64,000 bases of DNA, taken from positions 6,264,001 through 6,328,000 of the forward strand of contig NC_087251.1 of assembly GCF_037042905.1 (NCBI RefSeq). The letters are read 5' to 3'. The stretch comes from Lytechinus pictus. Lineage: Eukaryota. The stretch's first letter is position 1. Each line of letters begins with the position of its first letter. A program made the position numbers and the translations under genes. Below the pieces are notes generated by a model. The model made no database searches, had not been told where the DNA came from, and saw nothing but the letters and a program-made list of their open reading frames with translations. Positions 13,719 through 26,044 of this stretch are shown piece after piece.

Positions 13719-16641
13719 GACAGGAACACTAGCAGATACGAACCAACAGCGCCATCTCGAGTCCTCAACTATTCATACCTGACCAGTTTCCTGACCCATA
13801 ACTAGTGTAGTCTATTAATAAACCCACTTGAATGATAACATGCTAATTAAATTCTCAATACATTTTTACCGCAATGATTATGTTACCAAGTAGCAAAATA
13901 ATTACTTTTCCTCTCAAAACATTTTAGTTTTTCTATACAAATACAATTATAGGTCAATTTATTCTCTGTAGTATTAGTATATATCTGAAAACGTATATTT
14001 TAAGACTCTGTATAAATAACACACAGTCAATGAGAAACCACACACAGTTCACTCCACCTTTAAAATATATCATGATGGTGCATAAGAACCCCTACTCAAC
14101 TACAAATAGGCCTACTCGACTGGAAATGACACACAACACGACCTTTTCAATTTGTCGCGGAGGAGATCTAGAGGTCATGCGATGGAGTTGGATAAGACAT
14201 TTTCTCGGCTTGGTATTAGGAAGTAATTTTTCAGTAGCAGAGTTGTAAAAAAAATTGTCTTCCTGATAGCGATGTTTCAGATCCTCCTGTCAACTCCTTC
14301 GAAAACTCCTTCGTCAACTGAATAAAGTTCAGTGAAATAGGCTCGAGGATAAAAAAAGTTTCAGGGGGCAGTAACCACCACATTACATCAGTGGCTATTA
14401 ACATGTTTTAAGAAATACACAGAAAAGTACTCAGCATGCAGAGTTGTCTCAATATGAATGAGAGAACTATATAGGATAAAACTAAAATTCAGTGTTGAAC
14501 CTGGGATTGAACCCACTGAACTCTAAGTGAGTAGACTGGAATTACTCTATGAGTTGAGCCTACTCCACTCACATAGCCACGATTATAATGTGTAGACCGC
14601 AGATGGCGCTACTTCACTTCGTGGAAAAGAATTACAATGTAATTGAATTTATGTACGCATATGTTTCACTATAATGTTTCAAACTAAAGATGGCGCTATA
14701 GAACTTTTTGGTGCAGGGGTTCCGTGGAGCCCATCTATCCTCAAGTCAAATTAAATATCTTTTCACAATCGGACAGAGTAAATGTTTCTCTTTCATACTG
14801 GTCATTTGTTTTGTTCAAAATATTTTGATAAATAAGTGAATTTCAGGCCTGCAAATGAGCATCAAAACTGTAATTTTCTTCCTCTGTTTTCTTTTGCAAA
14901 TTGTGCAAAACTGTTTATTTTTAGCCTCAAAGATATCTATATCACCACAGAGCTGGATTTCTTTACCTGCTCACAATGTCACTCTAAATATGCAGCACCT
15001 TTTAATCGGGTTAAGATCACACTTTTCCCAACAAGGTACAAGACGATATTTCTTTTAAAAAATTTAGAGTTCTGATTAGCTGGATAAGGCTTCAAAACAT
15101 CAAGCGCGGGTAATTTGATGAGATTACCAAATGGGGTAATCTCATCACCTTGCCGTGAACCCAGCACTGGTCTTTTGACCAATCGGAGTGCAGTATTCTT
15201 GTTTTCAAGCTGCTTAATGTACTTGGCCAATGAAAAGTGTGATCTTGACCCGATTAAACCAGTTCTTGTTTTGAAACCTATACCATTTTAAAGCGTAGAT
15301 ATTCAGCTTTTCCATGATCTAAAAATCATTTGGGCTCGAAGAGAAATAAAGTATAAAAATAACCACTTTCGTCAGGTGAAAATAATTATTTTGTAGCATA
15401 TTTCAGATCAAAAGTTTCACCTACCGATGATTACAAAATCATTAAATAAATTCAAATACATGAACTGAAAGAATTATTCTTCTTTTTTACAATGATACCA
15501 AAATCATGATATTTGATGTATATTCAGAGCAGCAATGACCGAATTAAAAGAGGTGTTTTGGTCCGCATCAAGCTCATTAAATATGCAAAACCTCTCTAGT
15601 CATATCACTTGGATGAAAGAAGCCACTTTATTGGGACCTGCATATGCTGACTGGTCTAAGGCAGATTGCAGACATGAAAGACTGGGCTTCGAATCCAGAA
15701 ATGGTAATTAAAGCCCTTGAGCTCGGCATTCTACATCCTTTACTCTTGTCATATAATCACCGAAAATGTTATGCGCATTGTTGATACTGAAGTATATTTT
15801 TAGTCCTTACACAGCGAAAATTCTGTTCAAAATTTTATGCAACGCTGTTTACTGTTATATAAACCTTACAGTACTTGTCAGTTTAACACAATGTTAAAAA
15901 TTGATTAAAAAAAAGATTTTACACATTTTATAGTATATTGATTTTTATAGTAGTCAAAATGATTACTTGGACGTGCGTTAATGTCAGAATTCTCTCTCTC
16001 TCTCTCCCTTTGCTTTTAATTTATGATAACGTGATCATAGACTACATTCATATACATGATTGGAAAACATTTACATTTTAAAAGAAGCGGTTGGAAATTT
16101 TCTGACATGTCTGAGTGAAGAGAAACTGAAGTCGGATCTGTGATGAATTCGTAGATCTATAACTAACAGCACTTAAATTAATACTTCTACATCATTTTTT
16201 TTTTCGATTTCATTGAAATCTATTTAAAAAAAAATCGATTTGATTTAAATCTAATAAAGTTTATAAAAAAATTATGGTGCCACCTGGGGGCTCATTTATT
16301 TGTAGTAGGGGCATGCTTAGTGAAGGTAGCTTTTGAGCCCATGATTACAATTCTCATTGATCGCGAATTTCTATAAAATACCGGCTTCAAAACAAGGTGC
16401 TTATCTTCTATTTCCATTAATTAGATAACTGCATTTCTACATGCAAACTTTGAGAACGAAGTAGTGCCTAATACTTTCATGTTATCAAGAACCATTCATT
16501 ATATTATCGCTATTATTGTTATCATTATTATTATTATCATTACTATTTTAATTATTGTTATTATCATTGTTGTTGTCGTTGTTGTTGTTATTATTACTGA
16601 TAATCTTATTATTATTCTTCCATTCCTTGCCAAACTCTGAA

Positions 16642-17237
16642 AGGTCAAGTCCACCCCAGAAAAATGTTTATTTGAATAAATAGAATAAAATCAAAATAGC
16701 ATAACGCTGAAAATTTCATTAAAATCGGATGTAAAATAGGAAAGTTATGACATCTTAAAGTTTCGCTTATTTTTCACAAAACAGTGATATGCACAACTCA
16801 GTGACATGCTAACAGTCAATGATGTTCCTCACTCACATTTCTTTTGTTTTTTATTGTTTGAATTATACAATATTTCATTTTTTTACAGATTTGACAGTAT
16901 CGGACCAACTTGACTGAAAACAAAACTTGACTGAAAACAATGCTAATTCCACATGTTCACGGAGGAATTAATTGTTTTTTCACTTGACAATGAAGAGAAA
17001 ATGAGAATATTTCATATAATAAAATACAAAAGAAATAGTGAGTGGATGACGTCATCAGTTTCCTCATTTGCATACCGACCAGGATGTGGATATAACTGTT
17101 TTGCGAAATTAAGCGAAACTTTAGAATGTCACAACTGTCTTATTTTACATCCGATTTTGATGAAATTTTCAGCGTTATGCTTGTTGGATTTTTCTCTTTT
17201 TATTCAAATCAACTTTTTGTCGAGGTGGACTTGTCCT
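16642..17237. mobile_element. Same Kolobok-like MITE family as 59547-60149; partial relatives at ~7830-8285 and ~3250-3305
   Basis: AGGTCAAGTCCACCCC ... GGTGGACTTGTCCT|TTAA. Confidence 0.75.
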
Positions 17238-17429
17238 TTAACATTCCAACATAGAATGTTGGTAACTTTGCTTTGATCTTGGTGGTATTATAATTAATTG
17301 AAAAATGGGACTAAGTCACTTGGTAGTCTAAGGATCTTCCTTGAAATACATCTCTATGAGTCACACGCGAGTTACCCTCCCCCGCCCCCCCCCCTCCCCG
17401 GGATCGTCTTAGGCCAACCATTACCCATT

Positions 17430-17550
17430 ATTAATCAATCAATAATTATTGTCCAACCATCAATCCAAATCGTCCAATCAATCGATCGATCATAATCAAT
17501 TGATCAATCAATCGTCCAACCATCCAATCAATCAATCAATTAATCAATTA
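17430..17550. repeat. Imperfect (CAAT)n microsatellite
   Basis: Direct inspection. Confidence 0.7.
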
Positions 17551-17983
17551 CCATTAGGCCCACTTGTGTACAGATGGGGGCTCTTGCCCTCCCCCAATTT
17601 CACGACCAAGAAAAAAAAAGAGAAATGGGGCACGGGTGAAATATGATATCATTTCCTGAATATTATGCGAAAATCTGTCACAATTAAACTTGGATTTTTG
17701 TAATGAAATGGTCGAAATTTATGCTCGATTGCAATTTTTTTCATTTTACGCGATACGCCATATTATCGAGCCCCCTCAAAACTTTTGGCTCACTGATATG
17801 AAAAGGCCGATATTCGAACGAGATTTTATCAATTTTACTGCCGGGAATAATTTTTTGATGGCTTACGCGGTGCAAAGTACGAGCACGCTCGACACTACCC
17901 GGTACCCGATAGCTTAGTCCGTAGTCGTGCAGTTCGTCTCTAAATCTGTTTCGCCCCCTTTTCGCCGAACCTGGTGCAAGGAA

Positions 17984-18067
17984 ATGCCTTCCCAAATCAT
18001 CTCACATTGTAGATTATTGGCTCGATTTCCTGCCAGAATCATCGGTCAATCAATCTCAAACAAGATG
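17984..18067 (+). CDS. MRPL49: Mitochondrial ribosomal protein L49, exon 1 (MPSQIISHCRLLARFPARIIGQSISNKM; probable mitochondrial targeting peptide)
   Basis: ATG, 28 codons, phase-0 ATG|GTAAGT donor matching the phase-0 acceptor of exon 2. Arg/Ser-rich with no acidic residues. Removing the 24-kb insert leaves a ~1.1-kb intron. Confidence 0.75.
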
Positions 18068-18440
18068 GTAAGTGAAGTGAGTGAACGGAGTGTCGAGCAT
18101 TACCATGTCTGCGCGTGCGACTTGTTTTGAACTAATTTGCCATTGGAAGTAACACGTTTTTGTGTTATTGTCAATGGCAAATATGTACATAACAAATCGC
18201 TTGCGCGGAAATGTACATATTTGCCATTGACAAATAGTACACGTTTCTAGCCTTGAGGACTTCGTGATGATATATTTTAATATTTTGACATATACTTCTT
18301 CATCACGAGGCCTTGAACCCCCTCCCAATGACGCATAACCATGTGTTTTTGTGTTGTGATTGCGGCCTCAGCTCAGCCAAGTACGACTAGACTAGTAATA
18401 GAGTTACCAAAAGGTCGGCCGATCCACTGAGCAAAATTGC

Positions 18441-18965
18441 TGTTGTAAAAATGAGATGTTGGTTAACGATGGCACAGACACGATGCGATAAACGATGGCG
18501 AGTGGTTATTAATGACAAGTACAACACTGACAAGGATTAGGACTCACGAATACACGAGTGGGTTACCGACGGTACGAAACAGTGACAACAACTAATACTT
18601 ACCTGACTCTTGTACTGACGATGCCACACGGTAGATACAGATAACAGGTTTCTTATAAGACTTCTAATAACAGACCACGGCGCCGGGTGGGGATGCAGCT
18701 GGGTTGCGTGCGTCCACACTCGTTGGCGTCTCGGGGTCTTCTCCCTATGGTGTCTTGTCTGGATCTCTTGCACCAGCTTGTGTACGTGCTGTGCAACGCA
18801 CACACGTAGCATGCGTAGGAGCATACAAAGGCTCCTCCAATCAGGACGCTCCTCGCATGCACACAGCACACACACAGACTTAACATACATGAACATAGGT
18901 CAATACATAGACTAATACACAGACTAATACATATACATGTACAGGTACATGGCAAATTTACTACA
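18441..18965 (-). repeat. 3' LTR (525 bp)
   Basis: No difference from 25520-26044 seen by eye; imperfect terminal IR TGTTGTAAA/TTTACTACA. Confidence 0.95.
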
Positions 18966-18979
18966 TTCCTCCCGGTTCC
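18966..18979 (-). other. Polypurine tract (GGAACCGGGAGGAA on minus strand)
   Basis: Purine-rich run abutting the 3' LTR. Confidence 0.7.
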
Positions 18980-19970
18980 ATCAGATTGCGACATATATTG
19001 ACAAATCCATGAATTGGCTATATTGTGCAATCTCAATAGATATATAAACAGATATGAGGAACTCTGACAGAAGAATGTAATATATGCCTATATGATTAAA
19101 ACTGATTAAATACATAACATCAATAAAATACCTCAAATACATTGAAAATGTAATCTGAGGACATAAACTATACTAAACAACTTGTTCATTAAAAACATTG
19201 CTGGTCCAGCAAAATTAAACATATCATCACTTGAGACCAGCAAATATACACTTGGAGAAACAAGAGCAGGTTAATGGTAAGTATTAATCCGGCCATTCTG
19301 GCCCAGTCTTGTCTATGTATTGATACAAAGGTTATCTTCTCATTTAGTGCAAGTCTGAATGACTGAAAGAAGATATGTTCATCCTTCAAAGTGCACTACT
19401 TGACAAAGATTCTTAAAGTTGACTCTTGGTCAGTGCTTTATATTAAATTGTATATTGTACTATTAAAATAATGACAATGGAATAAAGCCAATTTGGCTGG
19501 AGCTCTATTACCAATTAATATAGGCCTGTACAATGTGACCTTTACAGATATGATATATAATTGGTCATATGTTTGAGCTCTTAAAAACATATAAAAATGT
19601 AAGGATAATTCAACCAGATCTGGTGCAAATAGATATAACAGCCTGGACTTGACATACATACATAGTATTTTCCCTTGAGAAAAAACTACTACTATTTCAA
19701 CATCCTGTATGACAATATTTCCAGGATTGTTTATAAAGCTTTTGCAAACAAAGTAAAAAGATCTATGGTTGAAATATCTATATCTTTATGTAGTATAAAA
19801 TATACAAATATGATAAAAAGAATTATCTATTGCATAACCAGTGTTTGCACCTATTACTTCATATGTCACCTGAAGAGGTAAAAACTATTGAAAAATAAGA
19901 GGTGTGCCTTCACCTTCAGTGACTATAAAATGAATTATAATGCCTAACAGAAATTTCAATTGCAGGACTT

Positions 19971-21515
19971 TCAGCAATCGATCAAGGAGATACTACTCCA
20001 TTCTTGGGGTGGTGGCCAGGGAGGAAGGAGCCATGGACAAGATAAATGGAATTGGCCATTACTTACACTACAGACATATTTCTGGTTCCACCAGAGGAGA
20101 GAACTGAGGAAATCAAGGATAGATAACTTAGGAGGGGTAATTCCCCAAAGTAATTGCACAAGGTAACTCTGCCCGTGCTTGGCATCCTCAGTAGAGGCTC
20201 GACTGTCCTCTGATACAGTTACAAGACTTATATTATCTACACCTATGGTATTAACTGTAACATCACTTACACATGTGGTATTGACAGTTACATCGTCTAC
20301 ACATGTGGTATTTACAGTTATATCATCTACACTTAAGATATCTACATGTTTTACTGCTAAACGTTCTGGACAGTTTCTCTTAAAGTGTCCAGACTTGTTA
20401 CATGCAAAACAAACATCACGACAAGACACCTTGGATTCAGTGTCTTCTGTCGAAGGAGAACATGTAAGCTCATTCAGGTCTTGAACAGCCGTGACCAATG
20501 CCTGGACTGTAGACTGTAAGGACTTCATCTGTGTGTCTAGAGATTGAAGGTTGTCGACCTTCTTCTCAATACTTGACAAACGGTCCTCCAGCCTGTCCAG
20601 ACGAGAGGGCAGCTGAGCATTAGAAACGCGCCCGGAAACACCCATACGGTTGATTCTGGGATCCTCCTCAACAGTATCGTACGGCATTTGTCTTGCATAC
20701 TTCTGCTTACACTGAAACAACTGAACTCTGTAAATGGCTTCCTCAAGAGTCTGCGGATGTGAATTAAGAGCATATTGTCCCGCTTCGTGGTCTAAGGAAC
20801 CCTGGCAAAATTTATAAATGATTTTCTTCCCAACAATCTCCTCAGGCTGTCCTTCAAATGCACGTGCGGCAAGAGATAAGACACAACGTGCCCAATCTAT
20901 TTCAGATTCAGTTGTAGCCTGTTTTGACGAATTGAATATCAATTCGTCTTCAGGAGTCTCCTGGGAAACATATCTTTGTTCAAACTTCTTGATCAAATTT
21001 GTATAGGAAATGTTTTGTTCACGACCAAGAACTAATGCCAGAAATTCACTTGCACTTCCCTCTAAACAGTAGCAAAACTGATTGCGCTCTTGGGCTTGAT
21101 CCCAACCATTTGTCTCAGAATACAGTTGGAATTTACATAAGAAAGACTGCCAACTCCCTCTGCCATCGAAGGTCAAGAACTTGGGCAACGAGGAAACCCC
21201 CGCACCAGAAGTACTCCCACGAGAATAAGAACTGTGGGCACCACAACCTCGATTGAAGGGGGGAGGCTTTGCACAATCATAACGGCATTTATTGGCACAT
21301 TTAAGTACAAGATCTGCTAGATGGAAATCGGATATACCATATGCCTGTGAATAATCAAACGTAGTACCAAACTCAACTACAAAATTGTCAGGATAATCTA
21401 GCTTGTATAGATTCCTTGCCAGTAAACCCTCAGTTAAGTATCTGTTTCTCGTACGAAGGTGTAAAATGTCTTCAACTAATCTTTGTTTTGCTCTAGCGAT
21501 ATCACTTTGCATCAT
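19971..21515 (-). CDS. gag: Gag-like polyprotein (~514 aa from first ATG): capsid domain, coiled coil, CCHC zinc knuckle, repetitive/hydrophobic tail
   Basis: LPKFLTFDGRGSWQSF...F...NGW...LEGSA...Q...ES capsid pattern and CFACNKSGHFKRNC knuckle. The ORF-track start at 21527 is a TTG; first ATG is at 21515. Confidence 0.88.
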   Translation of the reverse strand: MMQSDIARAKQRLVEDILHLRTRNRYLTEGLLARNLYKLDYPDNFVVEFGTTFDYSQAYGISDFHLADLVLKCANKCRYDCAKPPPFNRGCGAHSSYSRGSTSGAGVSSLPKFLTFDGRGSWQSFLCKFQLYSETNGWDQAQERNQFCYCLEGSASEFLALVLGREQNISYTNLIKKFEQRYVSQETPEDELIFNSSKQATTESEIDWARCVLSLAARAFEGQPEEIVGKKIIYKFCQGSLDHEAGQYALNSHPQTLEEAIYRVQLFQCKQKYARQMPYDTVEEDPRINRMGVSGRVSNAQLPSRLDRLEDRLSSIEKKVDNLQSLDTQMKSLQSTVQALVTAVQDLNELTCSPSTEDTESKVSCRDVCFACNKSGHFKRNCPERLAVKHVDILSVDDITVNTTCVDDVTVNTTCVSDVTVNTIGVDNISLVTVSEDSRASTEDAKHGQSYLVQLLWGITPPKLSILDFLSSLLWWNQKYVCSVSNGQFHLSCPWLLPPWPPPQEWSSISLIDC

Positions 21516-24049
21516 TATGCATTCCAAATAAATTCAGAAAAGTATTATTGATGATCACCCTGGTGATTCAAAGGCATATTCTTAAACATATTTATTAACT
21601 GTCATAAATCCAAATTCAACGATCTACAGTGTATTAAACTTAACAGAATAAAACTTGCAGATCAGTGAAAGAACTTAACTACCGGTAGGTTTGATATACT
21701 TCTTTAATCCTGTGTCACTGAATACACTTACTGCCAAGGAAAGAGTGAAGTATTGCAATACTTGTACTGCCAAGAACAAGCATCTGAATATTTGAATAAT
21801 AAATGTATGTACACACTCCTGTAGCAATGGATGTATTCAGTGAAAGTATATTTACAAATTACAGTGCAGCTTCCAGTTTCAGAAACTACACTTGTAGAAT
21901 AGAATATCAAACATCTACTACTCTGAGTAATCGCAGAAGTGTCAATAAGTTTTACTTACTCTTAGGCCCTACTTACTCTACAACTATTAAAAGAACCTAA
22001 CAAGGATTCAACTTATTGAAACCTCAACGATTACAGGAATATCATGACAATTGTCTATTCCTGATGAATACAATATATAAATGTCAAACACACATTTATC
22101 CCACATCCGATTTTTTTTTTTTTTTTTCTTTTTTTTTAGAATGGGGATAAGTCACCAATTAAAAAAATGAAGGTGAATGGTAACGAGCCTAAAAGTGACT
22201 CTGTTTTGAAATTCACTTGCGCAAAATGACAGCAGTGAATTCTGTATTTCACTGAAGGATTGAATTCTTGAGCTTTAACAGAAATTTGCAAATTTTCAGC
22301 GCAAGAATGATGCTCCAAAAATACAACAGAGCAAACCGAATGAATAAATTGATTTTTTTTTTGTATTTTTTTTTTTTTTTAAAGAATGTTGATATCAAAC
22401 ATTGATTCTGATATCAAAGATTGATAGTATCTGTACTTTCACTTAAAATCAGAGTAAAGAGTTGGTTTGATTAAAAATAAGTATCTTCAAGAGCCTTATT
22501 AAAATTTAATTCAGTACTTCTTGTACCTTCAGTGAGATCTATCTCTCCTTAAAATCTAGAAGTTAAATTTACAAGCAAGAATTATTCCAAAGAAAAATTC
22601 CTGATCTAACAATGCTTGATAGAATTAATCAACTAAGAAAACCTAAATTTCAAACAGACAGAAAGACAATCCAGGATAACCTCCAAGAAAAATTTCCTAC
22701 AAAGAACTAAGGGCCTGAAATTAAATTCCAAGTCCTCGTTCAAACAAGTTAACACCGAGTCAAAAGGCAAAGCAAAACAATTGCACTTGTTGGCTCCAGG
22801 TATACACTGTCAGGAAACTACAAACACCTGAGAGATTAAACAAGATTATCGGCTGCAAAGATCCTTAAAAATCCTAAGTAATAATGGGATTTGATATAAA
22901 ATTAAGACAATTGAATTTTTCTAACCTGGACTAAATTAAGTATTTTAGCGTTAGGGTTAGAAATTGAACTTCCAAGATTTTTAGTAATCAGGACAAGTGC
23001 TTATTTACTGATCCACTAAGTAAATTAAAGATCCAAAAAGACTAACGTTAATTTTAACCTCTATATTGTTAACGTTAAATCTGAAGGTAAGCTCATAAGA
23101 TTAATTAAATAAATTCTTTTGAGTTTCCAGTAAGACACGAACTGACTGTATCTCAAAGATACAAAACTGCAAAGTGCTACTGCACGTACCTCACAGGTAA
23201 TATAAACTCGAGGTACCGGTACGGTACACCATACAAATCTAACGTTGAGGCCCAAGCTTGGGGAGTTAAATTTAACAAACACGAAATATGGCAGTATGAA
23301 ATCAATGAATTTAGCTCAGTTCGCGTAAACATTAAGTCAAGAGACAATTGGCAGCTAAATCCAGCAAATTATCATTAAAAATTGACGAAATGAAAACTCG
23401 TTCAGAATCAGCCTCCACGAAGCTGCGACGATAGCCGGCTCGTGAACGTTATCCCTGCCTGGAGCTACGGGCCAGATAGAGAGGTGCGTTGCGCTGGGGT
23501 TGGTTTGGAAACTGCGCGACGTTAGACCTAAAATTAACTAATAAAGAATGATCAAATTACAAAAACAACTTCTACGAGTTCCTGCTTGGAACTACTCTTT
23601 AGAATAAATCAACGTTCAATCGCGATAATCGTATAAAATCAGAGTTTAGCAACTTCTAACTCTGATCGACTGTGTTTTATACGAGAGTCTCGATCAAGTG
23701 AAAAAAATATACAAGTCACGTGATTCGGCTCAGCAGTCTTTCGCCGAGCGAGCTAGGCGAAGGTAGATTGTCAATTTTTGGTCAAAACAATCTTATTACT
23801 TTTTGACTTGCAAATCAATGAAAATCAAAATAAGCACTTATATTTATAAATAGTGATGATTCAATTTACTTCGAATCAAACGACATATAAACATGTAAAC
23901 ATGAAGAACATAGAGAACAATTTATCTAGATTATCAAGAAATTAATAGCCTACCGGTTTCTCTGCAAACTACACAATTTCAAAAAATTATGGAGCCTACA
24001 CCCAACCAGCCCAAACTACCAATTATTTGATATGGAAGATAAAATTATT

Positions 24050-24240
24050 CAGACTTCTCTTTCCCAGTCCCAACGGGTCTGACACTGGTATTGACAAAAG
24101 TCTATTCACACAAATATTTCAGACTTCTCTTTTTCCAGTCCCAACGGGTCTGACACTGGAATTATTATACAGAAGACGTCTTATCACACAAATAATTCAG
24201 ACGTCTATTTTCTCCAGTCCCAACGGGTCACACTGGAATT
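24050..24240. repeat. Three copies of a ~70-80-bp unit (CAGACTTCTCTTT.CCAGTCCCAACGGGTCTGACACTGG) in the LTR element leader
   Basis: Core motif recurs near 24050, 24120 and 24198. Confidence 0.8.
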
Positions 24241-25501
24241 ATTTATAGAAGTCTATTATATTCACACACAAATCTACCGAGTGGGTGAACAATTAGCAAC
24301 AATGAGTAACAATAACTTTTAGATTGAATTTAAGACAATGACAATCACAGTTATTAAAGAGAAACAATCACAATATCAGATGTGATGAATGAAATGCTTT
24401 AAAGAAAATTCACAAGATGTGTATTGATTAAGAACAAAATTCAAGAGTATATTTTCAAGTTACAGGTAAGATCCGAAGCTCAGAAAACCCACCTATTTTC
24501 TAGTAACAGGTAAGATCTGAAATTCAGAAAAACCCACCTCTAACGTACCACCGACACAAGTGTAATTTCGAGCTGGGTAAAAATTTGAAGTAAATTCAGA
24601 CTATTACTCAACTCGGCAACCAGGAGTATTAGAACTTCTAACACTCTTTCTGCCACTCAATGTGTACAGAACTGGCTGTAAAAAACACTTGCCGAATGTC
24701 GATAGAAAATATATACTGGAAATTTTATAGAAATATATGAACAGCAACTCTACGCCCTCAAAATATTGGTGCACTGCCCGATATGCAAGAGTATGAAATT
24801 CTAGGAAACTTATACCATCTGGAATAATTACTGAGGATCGAGAGAAAATTTCAAGTTCAAATTAACTTTTCCAATCCAATAAATCCACCAAATACTCACA
24901 CCCGACTTTTTTTTTTTTTGGAAGTGGTGTGGTGTGAATGTTCCGAATTCGGAAGAAATCTTTAAAGACAATGGCGGACTAAAAATATCCAAGCCTAGAT
25001 GCAGATTTCAAAAGAATTCACAAACAAAAGCAACAAGATGGTAAGCGACGCAAAAATATGCAAGGAACGAAATTCCCCGCGACGGCGAGCCAAACAATAG
25101 AAGAGACTCGCGAAGAATGCGATAAAAAATGCAAGTGCAACTAAACAATGTAGGGCGTGTGCACAGAGAATACCACGTGCGTTGCAATAAAAATGAACGT
25201 AGTGGACATGAAATTCCCTAGATATGGCAAATATATATCAAAATCCACTTGTAACAAACAAGAAATTATATCATGTACGGAAAAATGGTAGAACTAAAAC
25301 AAGGTGTGTGCGAGATGCATGCGAATCCACGCAATCACGGCACGCAAATTTCCAATTCTCGGTAGAGCGGAAAACTTCTCACTCACTCTCCGTTCGTTGT
25401 ACTCTTCAAAATCACTCACAAATGACTTTCATGAGCAAATATGAAGTATGAACGGACATGAAATGATGAAAATAAATATGACAGGCGCACAGGACGATCC
25501 G

Positions 25502-25518
25502 AAAACTCGCAATCGCCA
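25502..25518 (-). other. Primer-binding-site-like sequence (TGGCGATTGCGAG...)
   Basis: TGG starts 1 nt after the 5' LTR, complementary to a tRNA CCA end; cognate tRNA not identified. Confidence 0.55.
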
Positions 25519-25519
25519 A

Positions 25520-26044
25520 TGTTGTAAAAATGAGATGTTGGTTAACGATGGCACAGACACGATGCGATAAACGATGGCGAGTGGTTATTAATGACAAGTA
25601 CAACACTGACAAGGATTAGGACTCACGAATACACGAGTGGGTTACCGACGGTACGAAACAGTGACAACAACTAATACTTACCTGACTCTTGTACTGACGA
25701 TGCCACACGGTAGATACAGATAACAGGTTTCTTATAAGACTTCTAATAACAGACCACGGCGCCGGGTGGGGATGCAGCTGGGTTGCGTGCGTCCACACTC
25801 GTTGGCGTCTCGGGGTCTTCTCCCTATGGTGTCTTGTCTGGATCTCTTGCACCAGCTTGTGTACGTGCTGTGCAACGCACACACGTAGCATGCGTAGGAG
25901 CATACAAAGGCTCCTCCAATCAGGACGCTCCTCGCATGCACACAGCACACACACAGACTTAACATACATGAACATAGGTCAATACATAGACTAATACACA
26001 GACTAATACATATACATGTACAGGTACATGGCAAATTTACTACA
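25520..26044 (-). repeat. 5' LTR (525 bp)
   Basis: Direct repeat of 18441-18965; the ORF track gives an identical 119-aa translation in both copies. Confidence 0.95.

Larger units (their letters stand above)
18441..26044 (-). mobile_element. Ty3/Gypsy-like LTR retrotransposon, Gag-only (non-autonomous), 7,604 bp, very recent
   Basis: Two 525-bp direct repeats with TG...CA ends; 4-bp TSD TTGC (18437-18440, 26045-26048); PBS-like TGGCGA after the 5' LTR; PPT before the 3' LTR; a single gag ORF. Confidence 0.93.

Noticed and set aside
18537..18896. Identical 119-aa ORFs at 18537-18896 and 25616-25975 as duplicated genes
   Set aside because: They lie wholly within the LTRs, are low-complexity, and show no recognisable domain.
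19855..19895. Short similarity to the reverse complement of ~54860-54900 (ATATGTCACCTGAA)
   Set aside because: A 14-bp core match is expected by chance in an AT-rich window of this size.
18980..19970. Frameshifted pol or env after gag
   Set aside because: Only short ORFs (73 aa or less) without protease, RT, integrase or glycoprotein motifs.
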